Source: Candidatus Binatia bacterium
GTDB lineage: Bacteria; Desulfobacterota; Binatia; HRBIN30
Length of the DNA stretch: 64,000 nucleotides
Assembly (NCBI GenBank): GCA_038245295.1
Contig: JBBRSP010000005.1
Location: 96,001 to 160,000, forward strand
Direction of reading: 5' to 3'
This document shows, piece after piece, positions 19,774-29,494 of this stretch. The position numbers and the translations under genes were made by a program. Below the pieces are notes generated by a model that worked only from the letters and a program-made list of their open reading frames with translations, did not search any database and had not been told where the DNA came from. The first letter of the stretch is position 1; each line of letters starts with the position of its first letter.

Positions 19774-20004
19774 ATGGAGCTCGTTCCCGGCAACTCGCTG
19801 ATCACGCCCACCGCGGAAGAAGGAAGAGCGCTGGCCGTTTTGCTGGCTCGTCATTCGATTCACGCGATGCAATCCGACATGGAGGTCTTGAAGGCGGGCC
19901 GTCCGAAGTACAGCACCAATGCGGACTCGCTGATCGCTGCCGCGCACGTCGTTGCGACGGAATTCGCGACGATCGCGGCGGCAAACAACTACTGGCGGCG
20001 CTGA
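19774..20004 (+). CDS. Hexameric tyrosine-coordinated heme protein (HTHP family)
   Basis: 76 aa: SLITPTAEEGRALAVLLAR...RPKYS...VVATEFATIAAANNYW; RBS aggagg. Confidence 0.85.
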   Translation: MELVPGNSLITPTAEEGRALAVLLARHSIHAMQSDMEVLKAGRPKYSTNADSLIAAAHVVATEFATIAAANNYWRR

Positions 20005-20118
20005 GCTGACGCGGCGGAGAGCGCTCTGGCGCGCCATCCGAGTCGCACACGTCAACGACGCAGACCCACACTTTGTCGACGTCGGTCCGACATAACACTG
20101 GTCCCTGGGCCACACATC

Positions 20119-21825
20119 TCACGCACGCCGCCGCAAGCCCGCGCTCACGCCGACGGCGAGCAAAACGAAGCCGATGCTTGTTGTGATCAGGAACGGTTGG
20201 ATCGCGGCGGACGGTGGCGCGCCACGAATCATCAGGTCGTTGAACGCTTGCATGGTCCACGTCGTTGGCAACCAATCGGCGACGGTGCGCATCCACGCCG
20301 GCTCGAAGTCGAGCGGCCACCAACAGCCGCCGATGGCCGACAGCGCCAAGCTCGTCATGGTACCGAGCGGCATCACCGAATCGTGGGCCGTCGCGATCGA
20401 CGCGATCACCAGGCCGAGGGAAGCTCCGGCGAGTGCCATGCTTGCCATGGGGAGGAGCAAGATTGCCGGTTGTCGGCCAAGCGAAATATCGAAGAGCAAC
20501 CAGCCAACGCCAAAGAGCACGATCATCTGCACGATGCCGACGACGACACGCGCAAACACTTTGCCGACCAGGATGCCAGCAAGCGAGGCCCCTCCGGCCT
20601 GGATGCGCTCGAGTGTGCCCCAGTCGCGCTCGTCGTAGAGTGTGAGAGCCACACCCATCATCATGCCAATCAGGAGAAACGTTACACCAAACCCTGGCAC
20701 GTACTCATTGAACGCGTTGACGGTCATGGACGCACCGTCGATAGCCGGCCGCTCCACCAGGTCGAGCGCGCCCGGTAGCGTCGGCAGAGCCGCGGCCCGC
20801 AGCTGTCGGACAACCGTTCGGAGCGAATCGTCGTCACCCCGCGTGATGTCGCGGGGGGACGACGCTGGCACATTCGGGATGATCAATGGCGGCAGCGACA
20901 GCTGCATCGGCGGCAGCACAAGCGGCTGTGTCAGCTTGGCAAGCTCCGCTTCGGACGGAGGGGCAGGAAGCTCGGGCGGCGGCGGGATCTTGGCGCCGTG
21001 ACTTGCAGCCAGTGTTTGTAGGTCCACAAGCCAGTCTTCCCAGCGTTGGCGCGTTGTCGCGAGAGTTTGGAGATAAACCCGCACTCCGTCGAACGCCGCG
21101 GCGCGGCTCTCGAGTTGGCCGCGCAGGTCATCGGCCGCACCTGTCTGGGCGAGATGCAGAGCCGTCTCGGTCTCGTGTTTGCTGCGCTCGAGGATCGTTT
21201 TCAGGCGCGCCTGCCCCGCGGCAATCGAATCGCGCTCAGCTTGTGCCAGACGAGACCGGATACGGCGTCGTTCTTGCCGGATCACAGCCGCCAGACGGCG
21301 CAGCTGATGGCGCAGATCACGAACGGATATCATCAACTCTCGTCGCGTCTGTGTTCGTACCCTTGCCGCGGCGCGTCGCTGAAGGACGCCCAGCTCGAGC
21401 TCGAGTGCATTTGCCGCGAGGCGGCGCGCCGGATCGACATAGAGCACCAGCTGCGCATCGTCACCATCGAGGATGCGCTGCCGCGTTCCGGTCGGCACCT
21501 CGATGGCGAGCGGCGAAGTGCCGCTCAGAATCAGCCCGCGTCGCACCGCCTCGAGGTCGGTCTGAGCTTCGAAACGTAACCCGGATCCCGGCTCGCCCTC
21601 GCGCATGAGTTCCGCGGCGACCTGACCGCCGTCGTGGTCGACTACCGGCACCGTGATGATCGGCCGATTGCCGCCGTAGAGTGCTCCGAGCGAATATCCT
21701 GCCACGGTTATGATGACCACCGGCGCGACGAGCATCATGAGCAGCGCCACGGGATCATGGCGTAGCAGACGCGCCTCGTTCACGGCGGTCAGGCCGATGG
21801 CTCGGAGAAAACCAGGTTCATGCAT
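20119..21825 (-). CDS. ABC-2 exporter permease with large helical/Pro-rich insertion
   Basis: N-terminal TM, VPVVDHD, ERDWGTLERI, GGCWWPL, P..W..QA. Start ATG 21825 overlaps the ATPase stop. Confidence 0.85.
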   Translation of the reverse strand: MHEPGFLRAIGLTAVNEARLLRHDPVALLMMLVAPVVIITVAGYSLGALYGGNRPIITVPVVDHDGGQVAAELMREGEPGSGLRFEAQTDLEAVRRGLILSGTSPLAIEVPTGTRQRILDGDDAQLVLYVDPARRLAANALELELGVLQRRAAARVRTQTRRELMISVRDLRHQLRRLAAVIRQERRRIRSRLAQAERDSIAAGQARLKTILERSKHETETALHLAQTGAADDLRGQLESRAAAFDGVRVYLQTLATTRQRWEDWLVDLQTLAASHGAKIPPPPELPAPPSEAELAKLTQPLVLPPMQLSLPPLIIPNVPASSPRDITRGDDDSLRTVVRQLRAAALPTLPGALDLVERPAIDGASMTVNAFNEYVPGFGVTFLLIGMMMGVALTLYDERDWGTLERIQAGGASLAGILVGKVFARVVVGIVQMIVLFGVGWLLFDISLGRQPAILLLPMASMALAGASLGLVIASIATAHDSVMPLGTMTSLALSAIGGCWWPLDFEPAWMRTVADWLPTTWTMQAFNDLMIRGAPPSAAIQPFLITTSIGFVLLAVGVSAGLRRRA

Positions 21826-22768
21826 CCGGCGAGTCTTGCAGGGTGCGACCGGTGAGAGCGGCAAAGGCGTCGGCCAGATTGGTGCTGTGGAGATTAAAAT
21901 CGAGCACACGAGTTCCGGCCGCACGCATTTCGGCGAGCACGTCGCCGACCTGAGCGTGACTGTCGAGCTCAAGCGAGATGCTGCCCTCGCGTCGGGCGCT
22001 CGGCAGTAACCGGCTGCCGCTCACCGATCGGGGCCAACCGTCGGCCAGAGTTCCGCGGAAGGTCAGGTCGATACGCGTGCGGCCACCGGCGAGCACAATC
22101 AACTCTTCGACCGTGCCGTCGGCGATCAACTGCCCATGATCGATCAGGAAGACCCGGTCACAGATTCGCTCGGCCTCTTCCATGTAGTGAGTGCTGTAGA
22201 TCACGGCGGAGCCCGCCTCACGCAGCCGCCGCACCTGCGCCAACAGGTGTTCGCGTGATTCGAGGTCGACGCCAACCGTGGGCTCGTCGAGGAGCAGCAC
22301 GGCGGGCTGATGCACGATGCCGCAGGCGAGATTGAGGCGACGCTGCATGCCGCCGGAGAGTGTGTGCGCCGGGTCATTGGCCCGCTCCGCCAGACCGACG
22401 TCCATCAGCACCTGCCGACAGGCCGCCTGGGCGGCGCGGCGCGAGAGACCAAGCATCCGGGCAAAGTGCCAGACATTCTGGCCGGCGCTTAGCGTCGGAT
22501 AGAGCGCCAAAGCTTGCGGCACCAGACCTATCACCGAACGCTGCGTCTCCGACGGAGCTCCACGGATCAGCACGCGACCAGAGTCAGGACGCATCACCGT
22601 CGCCAGGATCGCAAGGAGGGTTGTCTTACCCGCACCGTTCGGGCCAAGCAGCCCAACGACTTCACCGGGTCGCACCGCCAGACTTACACCGACGAGCGCG
22701 AGCCGAGCGCCGTAGCGCTTGTGAAGATCGACCGCTTCGAGAGCCGGAAGATTTGAATCTTCAGTCAT
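21818..22768 (-). CDS. ABC exporter ATP-binding protein
   Basis: GPNGAGKT, LSGGMQRR, LLLDEPTVGVD, STHYMEEAE. Confidence 0.95.
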   Translation of the reverse strand: MTEDSNLPALEAVDLHKRYGARLALVGVSLAVRPGEVVGLLGPNGAGKTTLLAILATVMRPDSGRVLIRGAPSETQRSVIGLVPQALALYPTLSAGQNVWHFARMLGLSRRAAQAACRQVLMDVGLAERANDPAHTLSGGMQRRLNLACGIVHQPAVLLLDEPTVGVDLESREHLLAQVRRLREAGSAVIYSTHYMEEAERICDRVFLIDHGQLIADGTVEELIVLAGGRTRIDLTFRGTLADGWPRSVSGSRLLPSARREGSISLELDSHAQVGDVLAEMRAAGTRVLDFNLHSTNLADAFAALTGRTLQDSPDA

Positions 22769-23933
22769 AAGCCGGAGCGCTCGCGAGCATCAAACGCATT
22801 GCGCCGGTCATCACTACGTCGCCGACGGCCTGATGTCGGGATAGGTAACGGATGAGCACCCCGCGCATGCCCGGATGCCGGGCGATGAACAACAGACTGC
22901 TAGTCACGGCCCGATATTTCCAGAAGAGACGCGCCGCGAGCCGCTCGTAGGACGCCAGGCTGGCCAGCGTCGCATCCTGATTGAGAATGGTTGGTAGCGC
23001 TTCACCGAGAACCAGGGCCGAATTGAACGCCACAGAAAGACCGTCGGCTGCGATCGAATCGATGAAACCGGCGGCGTCGCCAACCAACACCATACGCTCA
23101 GACGTGCGACGGCGCGCACCGCACGCCATCGGGCCAGCCCCCAGTTTCGTTGAAAGTGCCGCCGCGCCGCCCAGCCGCGCGAGCAGAGCCGGAAAGCGTT
23201 GGCCGAGAGTTTCGATCGTCGGCGACGCGACGTCGCCGTGCTCCCAAACGAAGTTTACGTTCACGCTGTGGTCAGAAACGGGCGTCACCACGGCTTCACC
23301 GCGTCCGTCGATGTAAACTTCGACAAGGTCGGTCCACGGCCGGATATGGAAGTGCTGGCGTAGCGCGAAGCGGCGCCGGCTGGTGGGCGGCGTTTCGAGG
23401 TGCGCGCCGCGCCGCAGCGGTGAATGGAGTCCATCGGCGGCGACGACGAGTCGAGCCGACACCGCCCCCGCGTCGGTGTCGACGCGCGCGCGCGTGCCGT
23501 GGCGCTCCACGGCACGAACGGTGCTGCGGTCGCGGATCACGACACCAAGAGAGAGTGCGCGTTTCGCCATGGCTTCGACGAGCACCGTGCGCCGCACGCC
23601 GAGTCCGCCACCCGGAAGGAGCGAGAGCTGCGCCATGGCGCCGTCCTCCTGAAGGAAGCGGATACCGCTGAAGCGACGGCTATCCGAGTTGGCGATGAGC
23701 GGCAGCACCCCCAGGCGTTCGAGGGCACGCACCGCCGGCGGCAACAATCCCTCACCGCAGGCTTTGTCCGGCGGCATCGAGCGCTGCTCGAGCACGAGCA
23801 CCGTGGCGCCGCGTTCGGCGGCAACGATCGCGGCGGCCAGCCCCGCAGGACCACCGCCCACGACAACGACATCAAACGCCGCGCCATCCAACCGCCGCGG
23901 AGCGGCGGTACCCTCCGGTTTAGGCGTGTCCAT
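22761..23933 (-). CDS. FAD-dependent oxidoreductase/monooxygenase (geranylgeranyl reductase-like)
   Basis: GGGPAG, DKACGEGL, AADG, LVGDAAGFID. Confidence 0.9.
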   Translation of the reverse strand: MDTPKPEGTAAPRRLDGAAFDVVVVGGGPAGLAAAIVAAERGATVLVLEQRSMPPDKACGEGLLPPAVRALERLGVLPLIANSDSRRFSGIRFLQEDGAMAQLSLLPGGGLGVRRTVLVEAMAKRALSLGVVIRDRSTVRAVERHGTRARVDTDAGAVSARLVVAADGLHSPLRRGAHLETPPTSRRRFALRQHFHIRPWTDLVEVYIDGRGEAVVTPVSDHSVNVNFVWEHGDVASPTIETLGQRFPALLARLGGAAALSTKLGAGPMACGARRRTSERMVLVGDAAGFIDSIAADGLSVAFNSALVLGEALPTILNQDATLASLASYERLAARLFWKYRAVTSSLLFIARHPGMRGVLIRYLSRHQAVGDVVMTGAMRLMLASAPAYD

Positions 23934-25022
23934 CTACCACCGGAAGAGAACGAGCTCGCCGCAGAAGCCGGGGCCCATCGACAGGAGCACACCGTAGTCG
24001 CCTGGCTGGCCCGCGTTGGCGTCGAGAAAGTCGGCGGCGACAAATAGGACCGAGGCAGAGGAGAGATTGCCGACGTCGGCGAGTGACTTCCATGAGCGGG
24101 CCAGTGCGTCGGCTGGCAGCTCGAGCGATTCTTCCATGGCGCGCAGCACTTTCGGCCCACCGGTGTGGGCCATCCAGTGGCTGATGCGCGAGCGATCGAT
24201 GCCATGTTCGGCGAGGAAGCTGTCGACCGCCGGGCGGAGGTTGTTACGGATCAGATCGGGGATGCCGCCCGTGAGAACCACGCGGAAGCCTGTATCTTCG
24301 ATTTGCCAGCCCATCATTTCTTCGGTGTCGGGGAAGAACAGGGAGCGCGATCCGATCACACTCGGGCCGCGTGGGCCGTCTTCCCTGGCACCGCCGCCGA
24401 GCACCACGGCGGCGGCGCCGTCACCGAAGAGCGCGGTGGCGATGACGTTGGCGATCGTTCGATCGTTCAGCTGGAAGGTCAGCGAGCAGAGCTCGACCGA
24501 CAGCATGACGGCGACTTCGTTCGGGAAGGCGCGTAGGTAGTCGGCGGCGCGTGCCGTGCCCGCCGCGCCGCCGACACAGCCGAGGCCGAACATCGGGGTC
24601 CGCTTGATGTCGGAACGCATGCCGAGGCGATTGATCAGCTTGACGTCAATGCTCGGCGAGGCAATGCCGGTAACGGTGTTGAAGAAGATGTGATCGACCT
24701 CATCTGGCCGCAGCCCAGTCTTGTCCAGCGCCGCCTCGACCGCCGTGGTGCCGAGATCAGCGGCGATGCGTGTCCAGGCATCGTTCGACGCGCCGAACGA
24801 TCCAAGGGTTGGGTACTCGTCGAGCGGCATCGCCAGATAGCGACCGCGGACGCCTGCCGACTTGTGAATCCGTTCGCAGCGGGTACGTTCCTGGGGCGAC
24901 CCATCCCACGCCTGCCACAGTGCTGCCGTGAGTGTTTCGGAGGTGTAGTAGTTCTTGGGCAAAGCTCGCCCGATGCCGCGTACTCCTGGGTACGAGCCGG
25001 TTGCACCACTGACATCGGTCAT
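23934..25022 (-). CDS. Type III polyketide synthase (chalcone synthase-like)
   Basis: Cys-His-Asn triad GLGCVGG, AHTGGPKV, GNLSSASV; ALFGDGAAA; MGPGF. ATGA overlap with the YceI stop and RBS gaaggag. Confidence 0.95.
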   Translation of the reverse strand: MTDVSGATGSYPGVRGIGRALPKNYYTSETLTAALWQAWDGSPQERTRCERIHKSAGVRGRYLAMPLDEYPTLGSFGASNDAWTRIAADLGTTAVEAALDKTGLRPDEVDHIFFNTVTGIASPSIDVKLINRLGMRSDIKRTPMFGLGCVGGAAGTARAADYLRAFPNEVAVMLSVELCSLTFQLNDRTIANVIATALFGDGAAAVVLGGGAREDGPRGPSVIGSRSLFFPDTEEMMGWQIEDTGFRVVLTGGIPDLIRNNLRPAVDSFLAEHGIDRSRISHWMAHTGGPKVLRAMEESLELPADALARSWKSLADVGNLSSASVLFVAADFLDANAGQPGDYGVLLSMGPGFCGELVLFRW

Positions 25023-25561
25023 TCGGTCTCCTTCGTTCGCGGATTCCATGCCACGCGACCCATCGTCGCAAATTCAATGTCGACCTGTTTCGCGACCGAG
25101 AGCAGGAAGACACTCGGGTCGGTGAGTCCCCACTCCACGTAGGGCACGACGAAATGGCAATGCGCCGTAATCTCGTCATCAAGCAGATGTCCCGTGGCAT
25201 CGACCTTGATGTCGTGATCGACGCCGTGGAGTGACAGCACGCCATGGATGGTTGCCTGAAACGAGCCATCCGCTTCCTGTCGGACATCGACGTGCGATGG
25301 CTGAAAGCGGATGTCTGGGTAACGCGCCGCCTCGAGTACCTCGTCCGTCATTCGTGCATCGCGAGCGCTGTTGCCGCTCGCGCCGCTGGCCGCGTCGACG
25401 ATGATCGACCCACTGGCCGCGCCGCTCACCGGGTCGAGCTGCAGCGAGCCTTGACGTAGCGTGAAGGTTCCGTGCGTATCGTGCAAAGCCCCCGAGAGAT
25501 GAAACGCGATGACTGTACTGTGAGGATCGAGAGTCCACGTTCCCGGCGTCGTCGCCGCCAC
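25019..25561 (-). CDS. YceI-like lipid/polyisoprenoid-binding protein
   Basis: WTLDP.ST.I.F, HGTF, SGNSARD, YPDIRF, G.LSLHGV. The frame stays open upstream through a hydrophobic stretch, so the start may be earlier. Confidence 0.88.
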   Translation of the reverse strand: MAATTPGTWTLDPHSTVIAFHLSGALHDTHGTFTLRQGSLQLDPVSGAASGSIIVDAASGASGNSARDARMTDEVLEAARYPDIRFQPSHVDVRQEADGSFQATIHGVLSLHGVDHDIKVDATGHLLDDEITAHCHFVVPYVEWGLTDPSVFLLSVAKQVDIEFATMGRVAWNPRTKETE

Positions 25562-25936
25562 CTCCAGTGAGTGAGCGGCGCTGAACGCCGGGGCGTTGGT
25601 GATCGCCAGGATTCCACTGGCGAGTGTTATGCAGAGCAGTGCTTCGTAAGGAATTCGATTGCGCAGGAAGGGCCACCTCGCGGAGTTGCCGAGTTAGCCA
25701 TGCGAAACGCTTGCCAACCGAGTCCCCAGCCTATTGGGCTGCCATGAGTCGCAGCCGCCAGGGGGAACCGCGCAAGGGACTGCAGGCCGGGCCAATCCGT
25801 CTGTCATCGATTGCAGGGGCGGGGCGTGAGCGTCCGAGGAAGCGAAGGCTTCAACATATCGTTTGGGCGCGGCGGCTACAACGGATGTCGGGGAGGCACC
25901 CTGGGTCTTGGGGAGGATGCCGGAGGAGAGCAGGGC

Positions 25937-27529
25937 CTAGACGCGTTTCTTCTTCTTGCCGATGTAGTCGACCAACAGGTACTCGCCGAGATGATCCGGG
26001 CGCGTGTAGAGAGCGCGGCCCTTGTTGATCTTGGTCATGCGCTCGACGAAGGCGCGCAGGCTCGGGCTGTCGTCGAGCATGAAGGTGTTGATGGTGATGC
26101 CTTTGCGGGTGACGCGTTCGACTTCCTTCAGCGTCTCCTGCGCCGCGCGCATACTGATACCGCCGAACGAGAGGGGCCACTCGCAGTACAGGCGGCCCTT
26201 GGAGAAGTAGGCCGTTGGTTGGCCGTCGGTGATGACGATGATGTGTTGGTTGGTACTCGGATGTTTGCTCAGCAACGTCGTCGCCATACGCAGGCCGTCT
26301 TGCAGGTTGGTGAACGGGTCACCCATGTTCCAGCTAGCCTCAGGCAGGTCCTTCAACTTCAGCTCGACAGCACGCGTGTAGAACCCGACGATCCCGAAGT
26401 AGTCGCGCGGGAAGCGTGAACGGATGAGCGTCTCGAGGGCGAGCGCCACCTTCTTGGCCGCCGCGAAGCGTCCTTCCCAACTCATCGACCAGCTCATGTC
26501 GAGCAGCAACACGGTCGACGTGCTGGTGGCGTGATTGGTGGAGTACACCTCGAAATCACCGGGCACGAGCTCGAGCGGCGTGCCGGCCTTGCGCGCCAGG
26601 GCCTTCTTTAAGGTACCCACGAGATCGAGATTCATCGGATCGCCGTATTGATACTGGCGCGTCGACTCGGGTTTGACCTCGGTGAGTCCACGATGATCGG
26701 TCTGGTGGCCACCTGAACGATCCTTCAGGAGCCCTTGATAGATATCGCGCAGCGCCAACTGGCCGATGCGGCGGATGCCCTTAGGCGAAAGCTGCATGTG
26801 ACCGCCGCGCGTCGTCAGGTAGCCGGCCTGCTGCAGCACGGCCATCATCTGCTGCAGGTTTTGCAGGTTCCGCATTGCGTCGTTGCCGAGCATCTCGCGC
26901 AGCATGTCGAGATTGACCTGCTCGACATTGCCGCTCATCAACTGCTCTTCAAGCTGCTTGAGCTGCCGGATCTGCTTCATCATCTCCAGCGTCTCGTCGA
27001 AACTCAGCGACTTGGAGCCGTGGAACATGTCGCCGTAGCGACGTTGAAAGTCTTCGACGTCTTTGATGTTCTGAAACTCCTCGAGCAGGTTCTCGAAGTC
27101 GCGCTGCGCATCAATATCCTCGAAGTCGTACGTGCGCAGCTTCTCCATCGCCTCGGAGAGCTTGCGCGGCAGCTGATCGAGGAAGTTCTTCTTCTCCTGG
27201 AGCCCGCTGTTCTGGGGAATCCGATCCATGACGGTATCCGTCTCAAGCTCGACCAACTCGTCGAGGCGACGCTTCATCTCGTCGAGCGCATGCTCGAGGT
27301 TGGCGCTGGCGTACTGCTCCTGCAGCTTCTCGCGCACCTCTTCGAGCAGATCGTCGAGGCCCAGGACGCGCACACCGTCCCATTCGATACCCTGACGCAA
27401 CAACCACTCGACGGCCTGCTGTACGTCATCGGTGTACGACAGGTACTCCGCCAGTCGCTCGAAGACGCGCTCGGCATCGAAGCGCACCTGCTGCGAGCCG
27501 TCCCACTGAGTGTATCGAACCTTCAGCAT
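25937..27529 (-). CDS. VWA domain-containing protein (partner of the upstream AAA+ ATPase)
   Basis: MIDAS LLDMSWSM, TNLQDGL, ITDGQPT; N-terminal RYTQWDGSQ. Confidence 0.9.
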   Translation of the reverse strand: MLKVRYTQWDGSQQVRFDAERVFERLAEYLSYTDDVQQAVEWLLRQGIEWDGVRVLGLDDLLEEVREKLQEQYASANLEHALDEMKRRLDELVELETDTVMDRIPQNSGLQEKKNFLDQLPRKLSEAMEKLRTYDFEDIDAQRDFENLLEEFQNIKDVEDFQRRYGDMFHGSKSLSFDETLEMMKQIRQLKQLEEQLMSGNVEQVNLDMLREMLGNDAMRNLQNLQQMMAVLQQAGYLTTRGGHMQLSPKGIRRIGQLALRDIYQGLLKDRSGGHQTDHRGLTEVKPESTRQYQYGDPMNLDLVGTLKKALARKAGTPLELVPGDFEVYSTNHATSTSTVLLLDMSWSMSWEGRFAAAKKVALALETLIRSRFPRDYFGIVGFYTRAVELKLKDLPEASWNMGDPFTNLQDGLRMATTLLSKHPSTNQHIIVITDGQPTAYFSKGRLYCEWPLSFGGISMRAAQETLKEVERVTRKGITINTFMLDDSPSLRAFVERMTKINKGRALYTRPDHLGEYLLVDYIGKKKKRV

Positions 27530-27549
27530 GGCATTGTCTCCACTCGGCT

Positions 27550-27950
27550 CGTCGTCCCGGCGACGGAAACTGTCGAGTTTCTCTGCTTCATCGGTTGAAA
27601 CTGCGCCAACACCTCTGTCATACCGGCGAAAGCCGGAATCTCCCCAGCACTTTTAGCCTTCCACTCGAGGAGATCCCGGCTTTCGAGACTGTCGATTTTC
27701 TCGGAAACCATATTTGAAACGGAGAAGACCTATCCGTCATACCGGCGAAAGCCGGTATCTCGCCAGCTTTCGAGGCTTCCAGCACGGGGAGATCCCGGTT
27801 TTCACCGGGATGACGTTGCTCCACTTTGGTTTTACGACAGTCTCTTTCGCCGGGATGACGTTGCTTCATTTCAGTTTATCGACAGTCTCGTTCGCCGGGA
27901 TGACGTTGATGGTTTCGCCTTTCTCGACAGTCGCCTTCGCCGGCATGACG
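27550..27950. repeat. REP-like cluster (GTCATxCCGGCGAAAGCCGG family) including four units at 45-bp spacing
   Basis: gtcataccggcgaaagccgg at about 27617 and 27736; inverse-oriented ttc(g/a)ccgg(g/c)atgacg at 27801, 27846, 27891 and 27936. Confidence 0.85.
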
Positions 27951-27974
27951 CAGATGTGATCCGCCCATCCAGCG

Positions 27975-29366
27975 TCAGGCGCGATACGTATAGCGCCCAC
28001 CGTCACGGTCCTTGTTGAGCTTCTGATGTAGGTGCAAACCTTCGAGAATGAACTCTGTCACGGCGGCAATGTAAGCTGGACTTTCAACGCCACCGAAGAC
28101 ACGGATGGCCTTCTGCAAATCGGGAATGGCGCGCACACCCTCCAGATACTCCTCGGCAGGCATCGAATCGGAGACTTCGACGCCACCGCCCTCTTCGAAG
28201 TAACGCGATACGCCCTGCAGCTCATCGGCTTTGAGCCAGCGGTCGAAGACTTTGAGCAGAGCCTTGTTCACCAAGCGGTCGAGAAGATCCTCGCTGCCCT
28301 TCTCGTCGCCCATCGCCTCGATCTCGATCTTGCCCTGGGTCGAGGCGCTGAGAGCGTGCAGATCGCTGACGCGCGGCACGATCTCCGGCTCGTGATTCCG
28401 CACGGCGCGTTTCTCGGCATTGCTGATCAAGCTCTCGTAGTTGTTGATGGTAGCGCGCACGCTGACACCGGAGGCTTGGTTGATCTCACCCGAGGCGCGC
28501 GCCTCGAAGGTGAGCTGGCCGACGATCTCCTTCATGAACTGCGGCACTTCGACCGGGCGACCGCGATCCATCGCCGGTAGCTCCTGCTCCATGATACGGA
28601 TCTCGTCCTCGAGCGTCTGCGGGTAGTGTGTACGGATCTGCACATCGAAGCGGTCTTTGAGCGGCGTGATGATGCGGCCGCGGCTGGTGTAGTCTTCCGG
28701 GTTGGCACTGGCGACGATGATCACGTCGAGGGGTAGGCGGATCTTGTAGCCTTTGATCTGGACGTCCTTCTCCTCCATCAAGTTGAACAGGCCTACCTGT
28801 ACCTTCTCGGTGAGATCGGGGAGCTCATTGACGGCGAAGATGCCGCGATGCGTGCGCGGTACGAGCCCGAAGTGGATCGTCTCCTCATCGGCCAGGTAGC
28901 GTCCTTCGGCGACTTTGACCGGATCAATTTCGCCGATCAGATCAGCGATCGACACGTCGGGAGTCGCCAGCTTCTCGCTGTAGCGGTCGTCCGGGCTGAG
29001 CCAAACAATGGGCAATGCATCGCCGACTTCGGCAACGCGACGAATACATTCGCGACAGATCGGAGCGAACGGGTTGTCATTGATGCCGCAGCCGGCGACT
29101 GCCGGAATAGCCGGGTCGAGCAAAGACGTAAGCGAACGGATGATACGTGACTTGGCCTGGCCGCGTTCTCCGAGGAACACCATGTGGTGTCCGGCGAGCA
29201 CGGCGTTTTCGATCTCCGGAATCACCGTGTCGTCGAAGCCGATGATACCAGGCAGGATACGTTCGCCGGCGCTGAGCTTGGCAATGAGATTACGGCGCAT
29301 CTCGTCGCGCACGGAGACGACCTGGTAGCCGTCGCGCTTGAGCTCACCGAGGGTGGAAGCAGGCAT
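27975..29366 (-). CDS. AAA+ ATPase, Mg-chelatase/MoxR-like
   Basis: GERGQAKS, EKLATPD, FAVNELPDL, ASANPEDYTSRGRIITPLKDRF. Confidence 0.88.
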   Translation of the reverse strand: MPASTLGELKRDGYQVVSVRDEMRRNLIAKLSAGERILPGIIGFDDTVIPEIENAVLAGHHMVFLGERGQAKSRIIRSLTSLLDPAIPAVAGCGINDNPFAPICRECIRRVAEVGDALPIVWLSPDDRYSEKLATPDVSIADLIGEIDPVKVAEGRYLADEETIHFGLVPRTHRGIFAVNELPDLTEKVQVGLFNLMEEKDVQIKGYKIRLPLDVIIVASANPEDYTSRGRIITPLKDRFDVQIRTHYPQTLEDEIRIMEQELPAMDRGRPVEVPQFMKEIVGQLTFEARASGEINQASGVSVRATINNYESLISNAEKRAVRNHEPEIVPRVSDLHALSASTQGKIEIEAMGDEKGSEDLLDRLVNKALLKVFDRWLKADELQGVSRYFEEGGGVEVSDSMPAEEYLEGVRAIPDLQKAIRVFGGVESPAYIAAVTEFILEGLHLHQKLNKDRDGGRYTYRA

Positions 29367-29466
29367 ACACGAACCGCCTTTCGCTGACCGTGGGGTGGAC
29401 TATATGCCGACAATTTCCGTGGAGCAACGAAACAATCCCCACGGAGGTTGTGCATTCCCGCGAATT

Positions 29467-29494
29467 GTAGGGGCGGTTCGCGAACCGCTCCTAC
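29467..29494. repeat. GTAG-type REP palindrome overlapping the HIT gene stop
   Basis: tgtaggggcggttcgcgaaccgctcctac; related gtaggggcggctcgcagccg at 11342. Confidence 0.75.

Noticed and set aside
27790..27950. Possible mini-CRISPR array (repeats of about 30 bp at a fixed period)
   Set aside because: The intervening segments are only about 15 nt and resemble one another, the repeats match a REP-like family found in both orientations, and there are no cas genes.
27975..29366. True Mg-chelatase (photosynthesis) subunit
   Set aside because: No bchH or other bch/cob genes; the AAA+/VWA pairing is a widespread chaperone-like module.
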